From positions 50,586 through 114,585 of the forward strand of contig CAIUKF010000017.1 of assembly GCA_903899655.1 (NCBI GenBank): a DNA stretch of 64,000 nucleotides. Reading direction: 5' to 3'. Positions within the stretch are counted from its first letter, which is position 1. Every line of letters starts with the position of its first letter. Under the pieces are notes generated by a model. The model was not told where the DNA came from and searched no databases. It was given only the letters and a program-made list of their open reading frames with translations. Both the position numbers and the translations under genes were made by a program. The stretch is from an uncultured bacterium. Lineage in GTDB: Bacteria; Patescibacteriota; Saccharimonadia; Saccharimonadales; Saccharimonadaceae. This document shows, piece after piece, positions 46,547 through 54,946 of this stretch.

Positions 46547-46677
46547 GTCTTACTTTCATAACGAACCGAATACGCATTTTTATGTGGTTCGCCGGTCAAA
46601 AACGGCACCCGCATAAACATTTCGGCGAAAGTCGGTTTGTGAAATGGAAGTAAGACACCTTGTGGGTGTCGTTTTTT
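46547..46677 (+). promoter_or_regulatory. Riboswitch-like or attenuator leader with an intrinsic terminator (class unknown)
   Basis: The outer helix GTCTTACTTTC (46547-46557) / GGAAGTAAGAC (46646-46656) encloses at least three hairpins, one with a GAAA tetraloop. The terminator GACACC-TTGTG-GGTGTC plus T6 (46654-46677) overlaps the 3' strand of the outer helix. Confidence 0.45.
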
Positions 46678-46698
46678 ATTTACAAATAAGGAGATCTT

Positions 46699-47832
46699 AT
46701 GACAAAATCAGTCCATCGCTTTGATATAAAGAAGGTTGTAACTGTCCTTATTGTGATTCTTGTAATATTAGGTGTGGTAGCTATTATCGTGAATACGATA
46801 TTCAACAATGCCTACATTAATAGTGTTCGCGGAACAATACAAAAATTTGCAGGTACTGGTGATGAAGGTACTCCGACAGTTGGATCAGCAGTCCACAGCA
46901 AGCTAGATGTACCGAGAGGTGTTGCTGTAGACGATAAAGGTATAGTTTACATAGCGGATAGCGGCAATAGTGTAATAGAGCGTATAGATAGTTCTGGCAA
47001 GTTAACTATTTATGCTGGAAATGGTACTACAGCCAAGCCTACGCCTGGTCCTGCGTCCAAAAGTAGCTTATGTTTTCCGGCCGGAATGGCCACAGATAAA
47101 TACGGCAACCTGTTTGTAGCAGACATGGTAGCGAATATGGTTGTGAAAATAACTCCTGACGGTATATTGACTATCGTTGCCGGGACAGGTAAGCAAGCTT
47201 CGCCTAGTGCTGGAACTGCCGTAAACAGCAACCTCAACAGCCCGACAGACGTAGCGGCAGATATCGATGGCAACATATATATAGCTGATTTTGGTAACAA
47301 TACTATAGACAAGGTTGATTCCAACGGTATTTTGAGTATATTCGCAGGAACCGGCTCATCAGGCACTCCAAATCTACCGCTTTTTTCACCTTGGGGCATA
47401 GACGTTGACTATATGGATAACGTATATGTGGCAGACAGTAAAGCAAACTCAGTTCTACGTTATGATCCAAAGGGTGTTTTTACGGGAATTATTGCAGGGA
47501 CTAGCGAAGCTGGTCAACCCACCCCTGGCCGCGCCAAAGATAGTAAATTGAATTATCCTACTGATGTTGCGTTCAACCCAACAAATGGTGACATCTATAT
47601 AGCAGATTCCGGTAATAACCTTATAGAACGAGTTAAGAACGATGGCACTTTGAGTATTATTGCCGGTAATGGCGATTCTGGTATGCCTACTTTTGGTGCG
47701 CTAGCAACAAGCAGTAGTATTGGTGACGTTCAGAGCTTAGCTATAAGATATTATGATTCGAGTTTATTATTAGTTAATTCGCAAAAACATATGGTGATAC
47801 AACTTCCATATATAACTCAACAAGATAATTAG
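46699..47832 (+). CDS. NHL-repeat beta-propeller protein with an N-terminal membrane anchor
   Basis: 377 aa with six repeats of the LxxPxGVAVDxxGNIYIADxGNNxI type. Confidence 0.8.
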   Translation: MTKSVHRFDIKKVVTVLIVILVILGVVAIIVNTIFNNAYINSVRGTIQKFAGTGDEGTPTVGSAVHSKLDVPRGVAVDDKGIVYIADSGNSVIERIDSSGKLTIYAGNGTTAKPTPGPASKSSLCFPAGMATDKYGNLFVADMVANMVVKITPDGILTIVAGTGKQASPSAGTAVNSNLNSPTDVAADIDGNIYIADFGNNTIDKVDSNGILSIFAGTGSSGTPNLPLFSPWGIDVDYMDNVYVADSKANSVLRYDPKGVFTGIIAGTSEAGQPTPGRAKDSKLNYPTDVAFNPTNGDIYIADSGNNLIERVKNDGTLSIIAGNGDSGMPTFGALATSSSIGDVQSLAIRYYDSSLLLVNSQKHMVIQLPYITQQDN

Positions 47833-47844
47833 GAATATCGTAAT

Positions 47845-48504
47845 ATGAAAAAGATATATAAACTACGTCCTACCAAAAAAATCAGAACGCTGCTAAAGCG
47901 CTTACTGTCGCTAACACCTAAAACAATCACCATTATTATCATTGCACTCGTGTTCTGTACTGGCGCTAGTGCACTCTATATTCATAATTCTTATAGGACT
48001 GATCCTAAATCGCCTATCGGCACGCCAGCAAAAACTAACATTACGCCAGTCATTTCAACGCCCCAGCAAACTATCCAGCCATCGTCGTCAACGTCAACGA
48101 CACCTACTCCGAGTAGTTCAAGCTCAAAGGCATCAAGCTATAGACCGTTTCTGTGTAATAATGTCCCGATCGCTCATCAAACTGAGTATCGAGATAATGA
48201 CTCCATGGCTGCAGGTGAGACAAAACTCGTCTACCAAGGTAAAGACGGATATGTCATTTCCTGTACGGCCGACTCAAATGGATACACACCGCCAACGAAC
48301 GGGATGAGAGTCGAACCTGTGAACGATACGGTAGAAAAGGGCACAGGGCTTGACGAGCAGCAACAACAGCAAGCGGACGCAGAAAAAGCCGCAAGAGACC
48401 AACGATATACCCTTAATTTAGCTCAATGTTTTCAGAGTCTAAAGGCACGGGGTGCCAGTGATGAGCAAGCTACATCTGCGTGTAGTAGTACTGTAAAATA
48501 TTAA
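47845..48504 (+). CDS. Membrane-anchored protein with a Ser/Thr/Pro-rich linker and a G5-like segment
   Basis: 219 aa with a transmembrane helix, the linker SSSTSTTPTPSSSSSKASS, then AAGETKLVYQGKDGYVISCT. Confidence 0.45.
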   Translation: MKKIYKLRPTKKIRTLLKRLLSLTPKTITIIIIALVFCTGASALYIHNSYRTDPKSPIGTPAKTNITPVISTPQQTIQPSSSTSTTPTPSSSSSKASSYRPFLCNNVPIAHQTEYRDNDSMAAGETKLVYQGKDGYVISCTADSNGYTPPTNGMRVEPVNDTVEKGTGLDEQQQQQADAEKAARDQRYTLNLAQCFQSLKARGASDEQATSACSSTVKY

Positions 48505-48560
48505 ACATATCGTTCATTCCCAACTAACTAATTCTTACCCATAAGATATATAATGGTTTT

Positions 48561-49217
48561 ATGGTTAATTCATTTATTGAAGACTCTAAAGACGCGAAGA
48601 ATAGTCTGTTACTCAATGGAAAATATCTAACCGATTGTATCGACAAACTTGACCGTAATGATGACCAAGATATTGAATATTATTCTCACTTGAAAGACTT
48701 CCCAGTAAATAGTGGCCAGCTTTGCGATGACATATATCAAGCCGCAAATAACGATGTGATATTACTTGCACTAATTGGTGCGAGAGTGTTGTTCGAGGAC
48801 TTAATTAACATAAGCTATATAGAATCTTTGGATTCATCCAAAAGAATGGAAGTTTCTAATGATTGGTTTAGAATTTCTAACGACCAAAATGCAAATAAAT
48901 CTAAACTCAACAGTAAAACCGTAAAGGAAAGAGCAGAAATCGCCGGAACTGACATTCTGAGTATATATAACACTGAATATGCAGAATTATGTAATTATTC
49001 CCACAGCACAGCTCAGAGGGCTATATTAAACATCCCAGAACATCGTGCCATTCTAGCTCAAAAAACAATATTATTAAGCCTTCAAGCATATGCCGGAATA
49101 TTGTCGACTATTTCTAAAATTATTGATAAAACTGTAAACGATAGGATAGAAGGTACAATTAGCCAAATTTTTTCTAAATATAAAGAAACTGTCGTAGAAG
49201 CAAAGCTACAAACATGA
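48561..49217 (+). CDS. Hypothetical all-alpha protein (218 aa), first gene of a coupled pair
   Basis: TATAAT at 48549-48554 lies 6 nt before the ATG with no Shine-Dalgarno. The stop overlaps the next start (ATGA). Confidence 0.5.
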   Translation: MVNSFIEDSKDAKNSLLLNGKYLTDCIDKLDRNDDQDIEYYSHLKDFPVNSGQLCDDIYQAANNDVILLALIGARVLFEDLINISYIESLDSSKRMEVSNDWFRISNDQNANKSKLNSKTVKERAEIAGTDILSIYNTEYAELCNYSHSTAQRAILNIPEHRAILAQKTILLSLQAYAGILSTISKIIDKTVNDRIEGTISQIFSKYKETVVEAKLQT

Positions 49218-50257
49218 GCGAAGATTTATCCAAAGATACAGCTAACCAAGAAGAAAACCATGAAAAGAGTGTCCTAGACCTCAATTCAAAAGTTTTTCAT
49301 CAAAATATTCATTTACCAACCGACTTCGAAAAGCAAATTGCAAATATGGTAAATATTGCTCGTGAAGCATCTAAGGTTTATGTTCCGATTATTAAACTAG
49401 AAATTCCTAAAATTTATTTTGTTACTACGCAGTTCGCTGAAGTATTTCGTCAAGGGCAGTTAGCTCTTTCTGAATCCATTAGTAGGATTGTAAAAAGTGG
49501 CGTTTTAGACTCAATCCAGAAAATTACAGAATCAGTTGGTAGGCTTACCGATGGGATAAAGTCTCATTTTCCAGATAACTGGCCATCGAATGGCATGGAT
49601 AAATGCGATGACCTATGTATACAAGGTGTGCCGATTGTATTTATACCACGCAAAGATATTGTAACGAAAATCATCAGTGCAAAGAACATGACTGGGATTA
49701 AGCAAGTACTGTGGCGGAACGACCAATTAATAATTGAAGATTGCGAAACGATAATTATGCAGTCTAATTGGTTAAGCCGGGATATGAAAGATCAAATAGT
49801 GGAAGGCATAGAGTCCTATAAAGATGGGAGATATCGTGCTGCACAGAGCACGGCTAATGTGGCATTCGATAGTCTATTAAATGAAATCATTGATATTCGT
49901 GCCTGGAGAAAAACAAACACGAAACCAAAACAGCTATCACATGCAAAAGTGAAGCAATTGACCAATGAATTTAGTGGAGATATTTTGGAGCTACCAATGA
50001 GTAGGGCGCCATTTTATACACTACTGATGTTTCCTATAATAGGTGAAATGTTGTCGCCATTCGAAATAGGAGATAAGACAACTTACGCCAAAGACTTTAA
50101 TAGACATATGTCTGCGCATACAGTAGCAGCTAAGCAATATATAAGGACTAATGCGCTGCTCGCGCTGATGGTCGTGTCGAGTATATGTAAAGTCACTCAA
50201 TTGCGTGGTAAGAATTGGATGCAAACTTCAGCCAAAGAGTATGGCATTGATATTTAG
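49214..50257 (+). CDS. Hypothetical protein with a C-terminal HEPN-like domain (Rx4H motif)
   Basis: 347 aa. The helix GRYRAAQSTANVAFDSLLNEI and the motif FNRHMSAHT (R-x4-H), followed by a hydrophobic helix, match the HEPN pattern. Confidence 0.45.
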   Translation: MSEDLSKDTANQEENHEKSVLDLNSKVFHQNIHLPTDFEKQIANMVNIAREASKVYVPIIKLEIPKIYFVTTQFAEVFRQGQLALSESISRIVKSGVLDSIQKITESVGRLTDGIKSHFPDNWPSNGMDKCDDLCIQGVPIVFIPRKDIVTKIISAKNMTGIKQVLWRNDQLIIEDCETIIMQSNWLSRDMKDQIVEGIESYKDGRYRAAQSTANVAFDSLLNEIIDIRAWRKTNTKPKQLSHAKVKQLTNEFSGDILELPMSRAPFYTLLMFPIIGEMLSPFEIGDKTTYAKDFNRHMSAHTVAAKQYIRTNALLALMVVSSICKVTQLRGKNWMQTSAKEYGIDI

Positions 50258-50420
50258 AAAAAATAAATATTTACCGCCACTTAACATGATAATGATATCT
50301 AACGTCATAAATTTACCACCCCCCCCACAAGCCCTAAACTATATAGGAATGGTCCGATGGTGCGCCTTAGCTGTTCTCGTTTGAGTCAATTGGATCACTA
50401 TTTGACTGTGGAATAACTCA

Positions 50421-50457
50421 TCAATAAAGTTCTAACTTCGTTCAGTATGCTCTGCCA
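50421..50457 (+). repeat. 37-nt intergenic repeat, copy 1
   Basis: TCAATAAAGTTCTAACTTCGTTCAGTATGCTCTGCCA. Confidence 0.8.
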
Positions 50458-50470
50458 AACATAAGCAGTA

Positions 50471-50989
50471 TCATTCTATTAAGCTTTTATAAGCATCCGC
50501 AAATTTATCATTATATCCTAAGCTTAAATCAAAATACTTAATATCATATTTAGAACATTCTTTCTCGATTTCAACACTTGCTTGAATAATTCTTTCCGCC
50601 AAGTCCTCAAGTTGATTCCGAGTTACTCGTTCAACCCATTTATCATGTTTAGTGTAATCGAGCATGTTATCAACCGAGACTTTGGACATACCAAGAAAGA
50701 CAGCCTTAACGTCACATTTTTCCCCTAATATATATGCGTGCTGAGGTGTAAATGAATCACCCTCAATAGTATAATCGGGACCAACAGGTAACATCCGTTC
50801 AATAAACTGTTCAAGATAAGGAAAAAACCTTTCAGACTTATTCCTATCGTAAAATGAGGGGATTCCTGCAGGCTTCAACATTACAGTTAATCCATCGGTA
50901 GAAACGTAGGCTATTTTTTTGTCATTTAGTAGCTTTTGAGCAAGCGTACTTTTGCCCATTCGTGGTGGTCCGCCGATAAGATATAGCAT
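50471..50989 (-). CDS. P-loop kinase-like ATPase
   Basis: 172 aa with Walker A LIGGPPRMGKSTLAQKL; about the size of small nucleotide or metabolite kinases. Confidence 0.6.
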   Translation of the reverse strand: MLYLIGGPPRMGKSTLAQKLLNDKKIAYVSTDGLTVMLKPAGIPSFYDRNKSERFFPYLEQFIERMLPVGPDYTIEGDSFTPQHAYILGEKCDVKAVFLGMSKVSVDNMLDYTKHDKWVERVTRNQLEDLAERIIQASVEIEKECSKYDIKYFDLSLGYNDKFADAYKSLIE

Positions 50990-51041
50990 TTTACAAGTAT
51001 ATCAATATACGTCAAATGCTACTAAGTTTTGATCTACGTTA

Positions 51042-51078
51042 CTAATAAAGTTCTAACGTCGTTCAGTATGGTCTGCCA
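51042..51078 (+). repeat. 37-nt intergenic repeat, copy 2
   Basis: CTAATAAAGTTCTAACGTCGTTCAGTATGGTCTGCCA. Its AAGTTCTAACGTC also pairs with GACGTTAGAACTT at 51116-51128. Confidence 0.8.
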
Positions 51079-51154
51079 TGAACTCTTCATCTGTTAATTA
51101 TCATAGGCCAAACAAGACGTTAGAACTTAAGACTTCGTTATTCCAGACAATAGG

Positions 51155-51916
51155 CTACTGTGAGTCCCACTTGAACCATCTGATCCCAATGAAACTAAAT
51201 GCAATTATATAACCCAGATTAGCCAATAGAGCGTAGGTTGTATCTTGGTTCCACGATGTAGCGCTCAAAGCGCCTTGGAATAGAGTCATGACCGTTCCCA
51301 AGGGAGTCCACTTGGCGACCTGCTGAAGAACATCGCCGAATACACCACTTATACCAAGAAAGCCCAGTAAAAATAGAGCAATAAAAACAATCCTTACCAC
51401 TGCATTTACGGTTTCGGCTGATTTTAATAGCCCTACTATGGCCTGACCGATGCTCAAGAATACTGCTCCACCAATCGTTGCAATAAACAAAACCAAAATA
51501 TAATCAAGAACCGTGAGGTTAACGTGATAAATGATGCCGCCAACTACTAGAACGGCAACAGCAATAACCAGGTTAGCAATAACTTGGACCAATAGTCGAC
51601 TAACCATTATCGCCCATCCGGGAGCAGGAGTGACTCGAAGCCTCTGAAAAACACCGCCGTCTCTATCCCGAGCAAGAGTCAAAGTATAGCCCTGAAGCGA
51701 CGAGGATATGATGCCTATCGTAATGCTGATGGCAAAAATATAGGAAGGTCCACCAAGCCGAGCCTGAGCTTTGTTCGAACTGTACGCAAACAATAAAATA
51801 ACCGGTATTAGAACACTAAGAAATAGTGCTCTAACGTTCCTAATGAGGACATTTAGATCGGCCTGGAACAGGTAGCGTAGGGATTTAATCGGGTTAGTTT
51901 TATTCACGAATCTCAC
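51155..51916 (-). CDS. ABC-2 type transporter permease
   Basis: 253 aa with six hydrophobic helices; overlaps the upstream ATPase gene by 17 nt. Confidence 0.75.
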   Translation of the reverse strand: MRFVNKTNPIKSLRYLFQADLNVLIRNVRALFLSVLIPVILLFAYSSNKAQARLGGPSYIFAISITIGIISSSLQGYTLTLARDRDGGVFQRLRVTPAPGWAIMVSRLLVQVIANLVIAVAVLVVGGIIYHVNLTVLDYILVLFIATIGGAVFLSIGQAIVGLLKSAETVNAVVRIVFIALFLLGFLGISGVFGDVLQQVAKWTPLGTVMTLFQGALSATSWNQDTTYALLANLGYIIAFSFIGIRWFKWDSQ

Positions 51917-52673
51917 TCCCAGTTAAACCAATAAATACGTCTTCAAGAGTCACTTTACCATGGGCAACTTTCCGGACAGCTGGGTCATTCTTGTGCTTTT
52001 TGATCAAACCCGACGGTGTCTCGATCGTGAGTATTTTTCCGTGGTCAATGATTGCAAGTCTATCACAAACGGCTTGAGCCTCTTCCATCGAGTGGGTCGT
52101 TAGCAATATACTTCCGCCATCTTTGCGAATATGCTCGATGCGATCCCAAAGTTGTCTGCGTGATTGCGGGTCAAGACCAGCAGTCGGCTCGTCAAGTAAC
52201 AGTATTAAAGGACTATGGATGGTAGCAATGTATAGAGAAAGGCGCTGTTGTTGACCACCAGACAACTGCTTATACCGTTTAGATTTTTCTTTTTCGAGTC
52301 CGATTGTTTGCAGTGATTCACTAATATCTCTGTCTAAGAGTTTGACATTATATAACCCTGCGAATAACTTGATGATTTGCTTAATTGACAGCTCTGGTTG
52401 GAAACTAGTCGTCTGTAACTGGACACCCATAATAGCTTTTGCTTGCATTGGATGTGTTTGTAAATCGACACCCTCTAAAAGTAGCGTGCCAGACTTTGGC
52501 TTGATAAGACCTTCAATTACACTTAAAGCACTCGTTTTTCCGGCCCCATTAGGGCCAAGAAGTCCAAAGATTTCACCATGTTTTATACTAAATGTTATGT
52601 CGTCAACTGCTATATTGCTGCCGTAACTAATTGATAAGTTTTTCACCTCTAGAATATTTTTGTGGGTAGGCAT
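51900..52673 (-). CDS. ABC transporter ATP-binding protein
   Basis: 257 aa with Walker A GPNGAGKTS, signature LSGGQQQR and Walker B LLLDEPT. Confidence 0.92.
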   Translation of the reverse strand: MPTHKNILEVKNLSISYGSNIAVDDITFSIKHGEIFGLLGPNGAGKTSALSVIEGLIKPKSGTLLLEGVDLQTHPMQAKAIMGVQLQTTSFQPELSIKQIIKLFAGLYNVKLLDRDISESLQTIGLEKEKSKRYKQLSGGQQQRLSLYIATIHSPLILLLDEPTAGLDPQSRRQLWDRIEHIRKDGGSILLTTHSMEEAQAVCDRLAIIDHGKILTIETPSGLIKKHKNDPAVRKVAHGKVTLEDVFIGLTGSEIRE

Positions 52674-52733
52674 ATATTAATTATAGCAAAGAAAGGCAAG
52701 TAGCTAAAACGAACCGTCACGCCAGCGTTGACA

Positions 52734-52770
52734 TCAATAAAGTTCTAACTTCGTCTAGGATGGTCTGCCA
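52734..52770 (+). repeat. 37-nt intergenic repeat, copy 3
   Basis: TCAATAAAGTTCTAACTTCGTCTAGGATGGTCTGCCA, 60-100 nt upstream (on the minus strand) of the ABC ATPase start. Confidence 0.8.
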
Positions 52771-52927
52771 AATTTGTTAACAGGTACAAAAGGTTCCATA
52801 ATTTATTTTATGGAATCTTTTTTGTATTTCGTATCTGTTAATTTGGTTCTATTCTATGTAGGTGCAATGTTATAAATATATTCTTATGCTTTGAAATAAC
52901 TAATCATAGGTATATTTTATAAACACT

Positions 52928-53230
52928 ATGAATATATCAAAATTATCACCAGGTACGTCCGAAGAATTTAACCAGGTTTTATTAGAATGGAAAGAATCTT
53001 CTGAGAATAATAGACAACTATTTGCAAAATACATCAAAAATGACAACATGTCGTTCGATGCAGCTAAAAAACTATGTGAAAAAATTAATGATGATGCCGA
53101 AAAAGAGGGTACTGATTGGATGCATTACTTAGCAAAAGATGATGAAATGCGCGATATTTTACTGCGAGTAATGGAAGCTGAAATAGCATACGCGAAACAT
53201 CAAAAAGAAATATCAAAGACCAATAAATAG
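52928..53230 (+). CDS. Hypothetical protein (100 aa)
   Basis: ORF only; acidic and helical, no family recognised. Confidence 0.45.
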   Translation: MNISKLSPGTSEEFNQVLLEWKESSENNRQLFAKYIKNDNMSFDAAKKLCEKINDDAEKEGTDWMHYLAKDDEMRDILLRVMEAEIAYAKHQKEISKTNK

Positions 53231-53239
53231 ATAAATAAA

Positions 53240-53312
53240 CGTGAATTTTGTGTAATATCGCACTAAATTCACGATATATCGACTAAATACCGTGAATATT
53301 TATCATATTCAC
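53240..53312. promoter_or_regulatory. Two GTGAAT/ATTCAC inverted repeats (operator-like)
   Basis: CGTGAATTT (53240-53248) / AAATTCACG (53265-53273), and GTGAATAT (53293-53300) / ATATTCAC (53305-53312). Confidence 0.4.
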
Positions 53313-53329
53313 TGACAAGATAGCATTAA

Positions 53330-53439
53330 GGTACATAATATATCGCTTATGGTTACATAATACATCTGTTACTAACACGTACATGGTTACATAATCATTA
53401 GTTGACGAGGCCGCAGGTATACAAAAATAAATATGTAAC
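53330..53439. repeat. Iteron-like GGT(T)ACATAAT repeats
   Basis: GGTACATAAT (53330-53339), GGTTACATAAT (53351-53361) and GGTTACATAAT (53385-53395) are direct copies. ATATGTAAC (53431-53439) is inverted. Confidence 0.55.
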
Positions 53440-53635
53440 ATGCGCACGATTACCGATATATTTACCGTTATATTGGCGCGTAAATAGCGCGAATGTGGCG
53501 CAATTACAAGCAACCAAAGCTGACTTCAATTAGTTATAGTAACCTTGTCGGGACTATTGTCACCCTAAACAGACTAAAATCTATCTCATACGACAAAAAT
53601 GACAAAATATTTATAAAATATGCTAAAATTGTCGT

Positions 53636-54634
53636 ATGGCATTAAACAAAAGCAGTTCATATGTACTACTAAATATTCTGGCTGGACGCAACACGGCAGC
53701 GATGATAAGTGAGTATATGACGAATATAGATATTCGATCTATTCAACGTTCACTAACTAGGTTAGTCGAGCTTGGAGTTATAAAACGAAATGGAATCAAT
53801 AATCCAACCTATAATATTGCGTATTCAAAACTTATCAGCACCGAAATACCTGACAAGCTAATAATTAATGAAGATAGGCCTGAAAGCTCTTTGAACTTTG
53901 ACCTTATCGATTGGCTAAAATCAATTCCCGAAAGTGAACTGGAATTTGCTTTAGGGTTAGACAAAATGATACTAGATAGCATTGGTACAAGTGGCAAAAT
54001 GACCGCTAAAGACCTAGAATACCTGACAGTCGAGCTGTCATGGAAGTCTTCGGCACTGGAAGGTAACACCTATACATTACTAGACACACAGCTTCTTTTA
54101 CTAGAAGGCATTAAAGCAAAAGATAAGACAGAGTTTGAAACTCAGATGATTCTTAACCACAAGAACGCTATTTCATTTATTGTTGAAAATAGTGATTTAT
54201 TTAAAAAAGATATTAAATATAGCACCCTAGAGGAACTTCATCGAATTATTAGCCACAATCTAGGAATCGATAGTGGCCTACGTAAAAAAATAATCCGAAT
54301 TAGCGCCAGTAACTATCAACCCTTGTCTAATCCTCATCAGTTAAGGGAATGTGCAGATTCAGTACTGGGAATTATTAGTAACATAAATAGTCCTGTCCTG
54401 CGGTCTTTATTGGCGCTGGCGCTAATACCATACCTACAAACCTTTGAAGATGGCAACAAACGAACTGGGCGCATGTTGGCGAATGGTATATTGATTCATT
54501 CTATCTCTCGTGGATTTAGTTTGCGCAGGTTGACAGCACGACAACTTGCCTTGGCATATTTATCTTTTTATGAGTTCAATAGTTTAAAGGCGCTGTCTGA
54601 TTTGTTAGCTGCTGAATTAAGCAAGCCAGTATAA
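53636..54634 (+). CDS. Fic/DOC family protein with an N-terminal winged-helix domain and a degenerate active-site motif
   Basis: 332 aa. It has the inhibitory-helix motif SSALEGN. The Fic motif reads QTFEDGNKRTGR where HxFx(D/E)GNGRxxR is expected (His to Gln, Gly to Lys). Confidence 0.7.
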   Translation: MALNKSSSYVLLNILAGRNTAAMISEYMTNIDIRSIQRSLTRLVELGVIKRNGINNPTYNIAYSKLISTEIPDKLIINEDRPESSLNFDLIDWLKSIPESELEFALGLDKMILDSIGTSGKMTAKDLEYLTVELSWKSSALEGNTYTLLDTQLLLLEGIKAKDKTEFETQMILNHKNAISFIVENSDLFKKDIKYSTLEELHRIISHNLGIDSGLRKKIIRISASNYQPLSNPHQLRECADSVLGIISNINSPVLRSLLALALIPYLQTFEDGNKRTGRMLANGILIHSISRGFSLRRLTARQLALAYLSFYEFNSLKALSDLLAAELSKPV

Positions 54635-54870
54635 TTCAATATTTGGGTTTTGAGCATTTTTCAGTCCTGCTCAGCACTACTCGAACTAGTCGAGATTCTT
54701 TTCAATTACCTCGACCCAACTAATGCAGTTAGTACAAGCCGTATAATGAGGAAGACAGTGGGAGGTAATTTTTTCTAAACTAACAGACACCACTAAAGAC
54801 AGTGGTTTGACATATCATCTGTTTATGCTATTATTATTTTACTAATATACTGTATTGGCGTTGTTTAATA

Positions 54871-54903
54871 AGTCGGATTATTTTGGTATGTCGTGTGGTC
54901 GAG
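54871..54903. repeat. Cassette inverted repeat, left arm 1
   Basis: AGTCGGATTATTTTGGTATGTCGTGTGGTCGAG is complementary to 55271-55277 plus 55315-55340. Confidence 0.7.
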
Positions 54904-54946
54904 ACGCTATACTATTCTTATTTATAATCTCATAACAAACAAAAAT

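Larger units (their letters stand above)
41842..50300. mobile_element. Integrated element at the 3' end of tRNA-Trp (serine-recombinase type); right boundary undetermined, accessory DNA may continue to ~56.3 kb
   Basis: tRNA-adjacent large serine recombinase, followed by a replication/regulatory operon and cargo genes of unknown function. No direct repeat of the tRNA 3' end was found downstream. Confidence 0.5.

Noticed and set aside
53283-53513. 76-aa minus-strand ORF upstream of the Fic gene
   Set aside because: It spans the iteron-like repeats and AT-rich promoter region with no start context. It is treated as non-coding.
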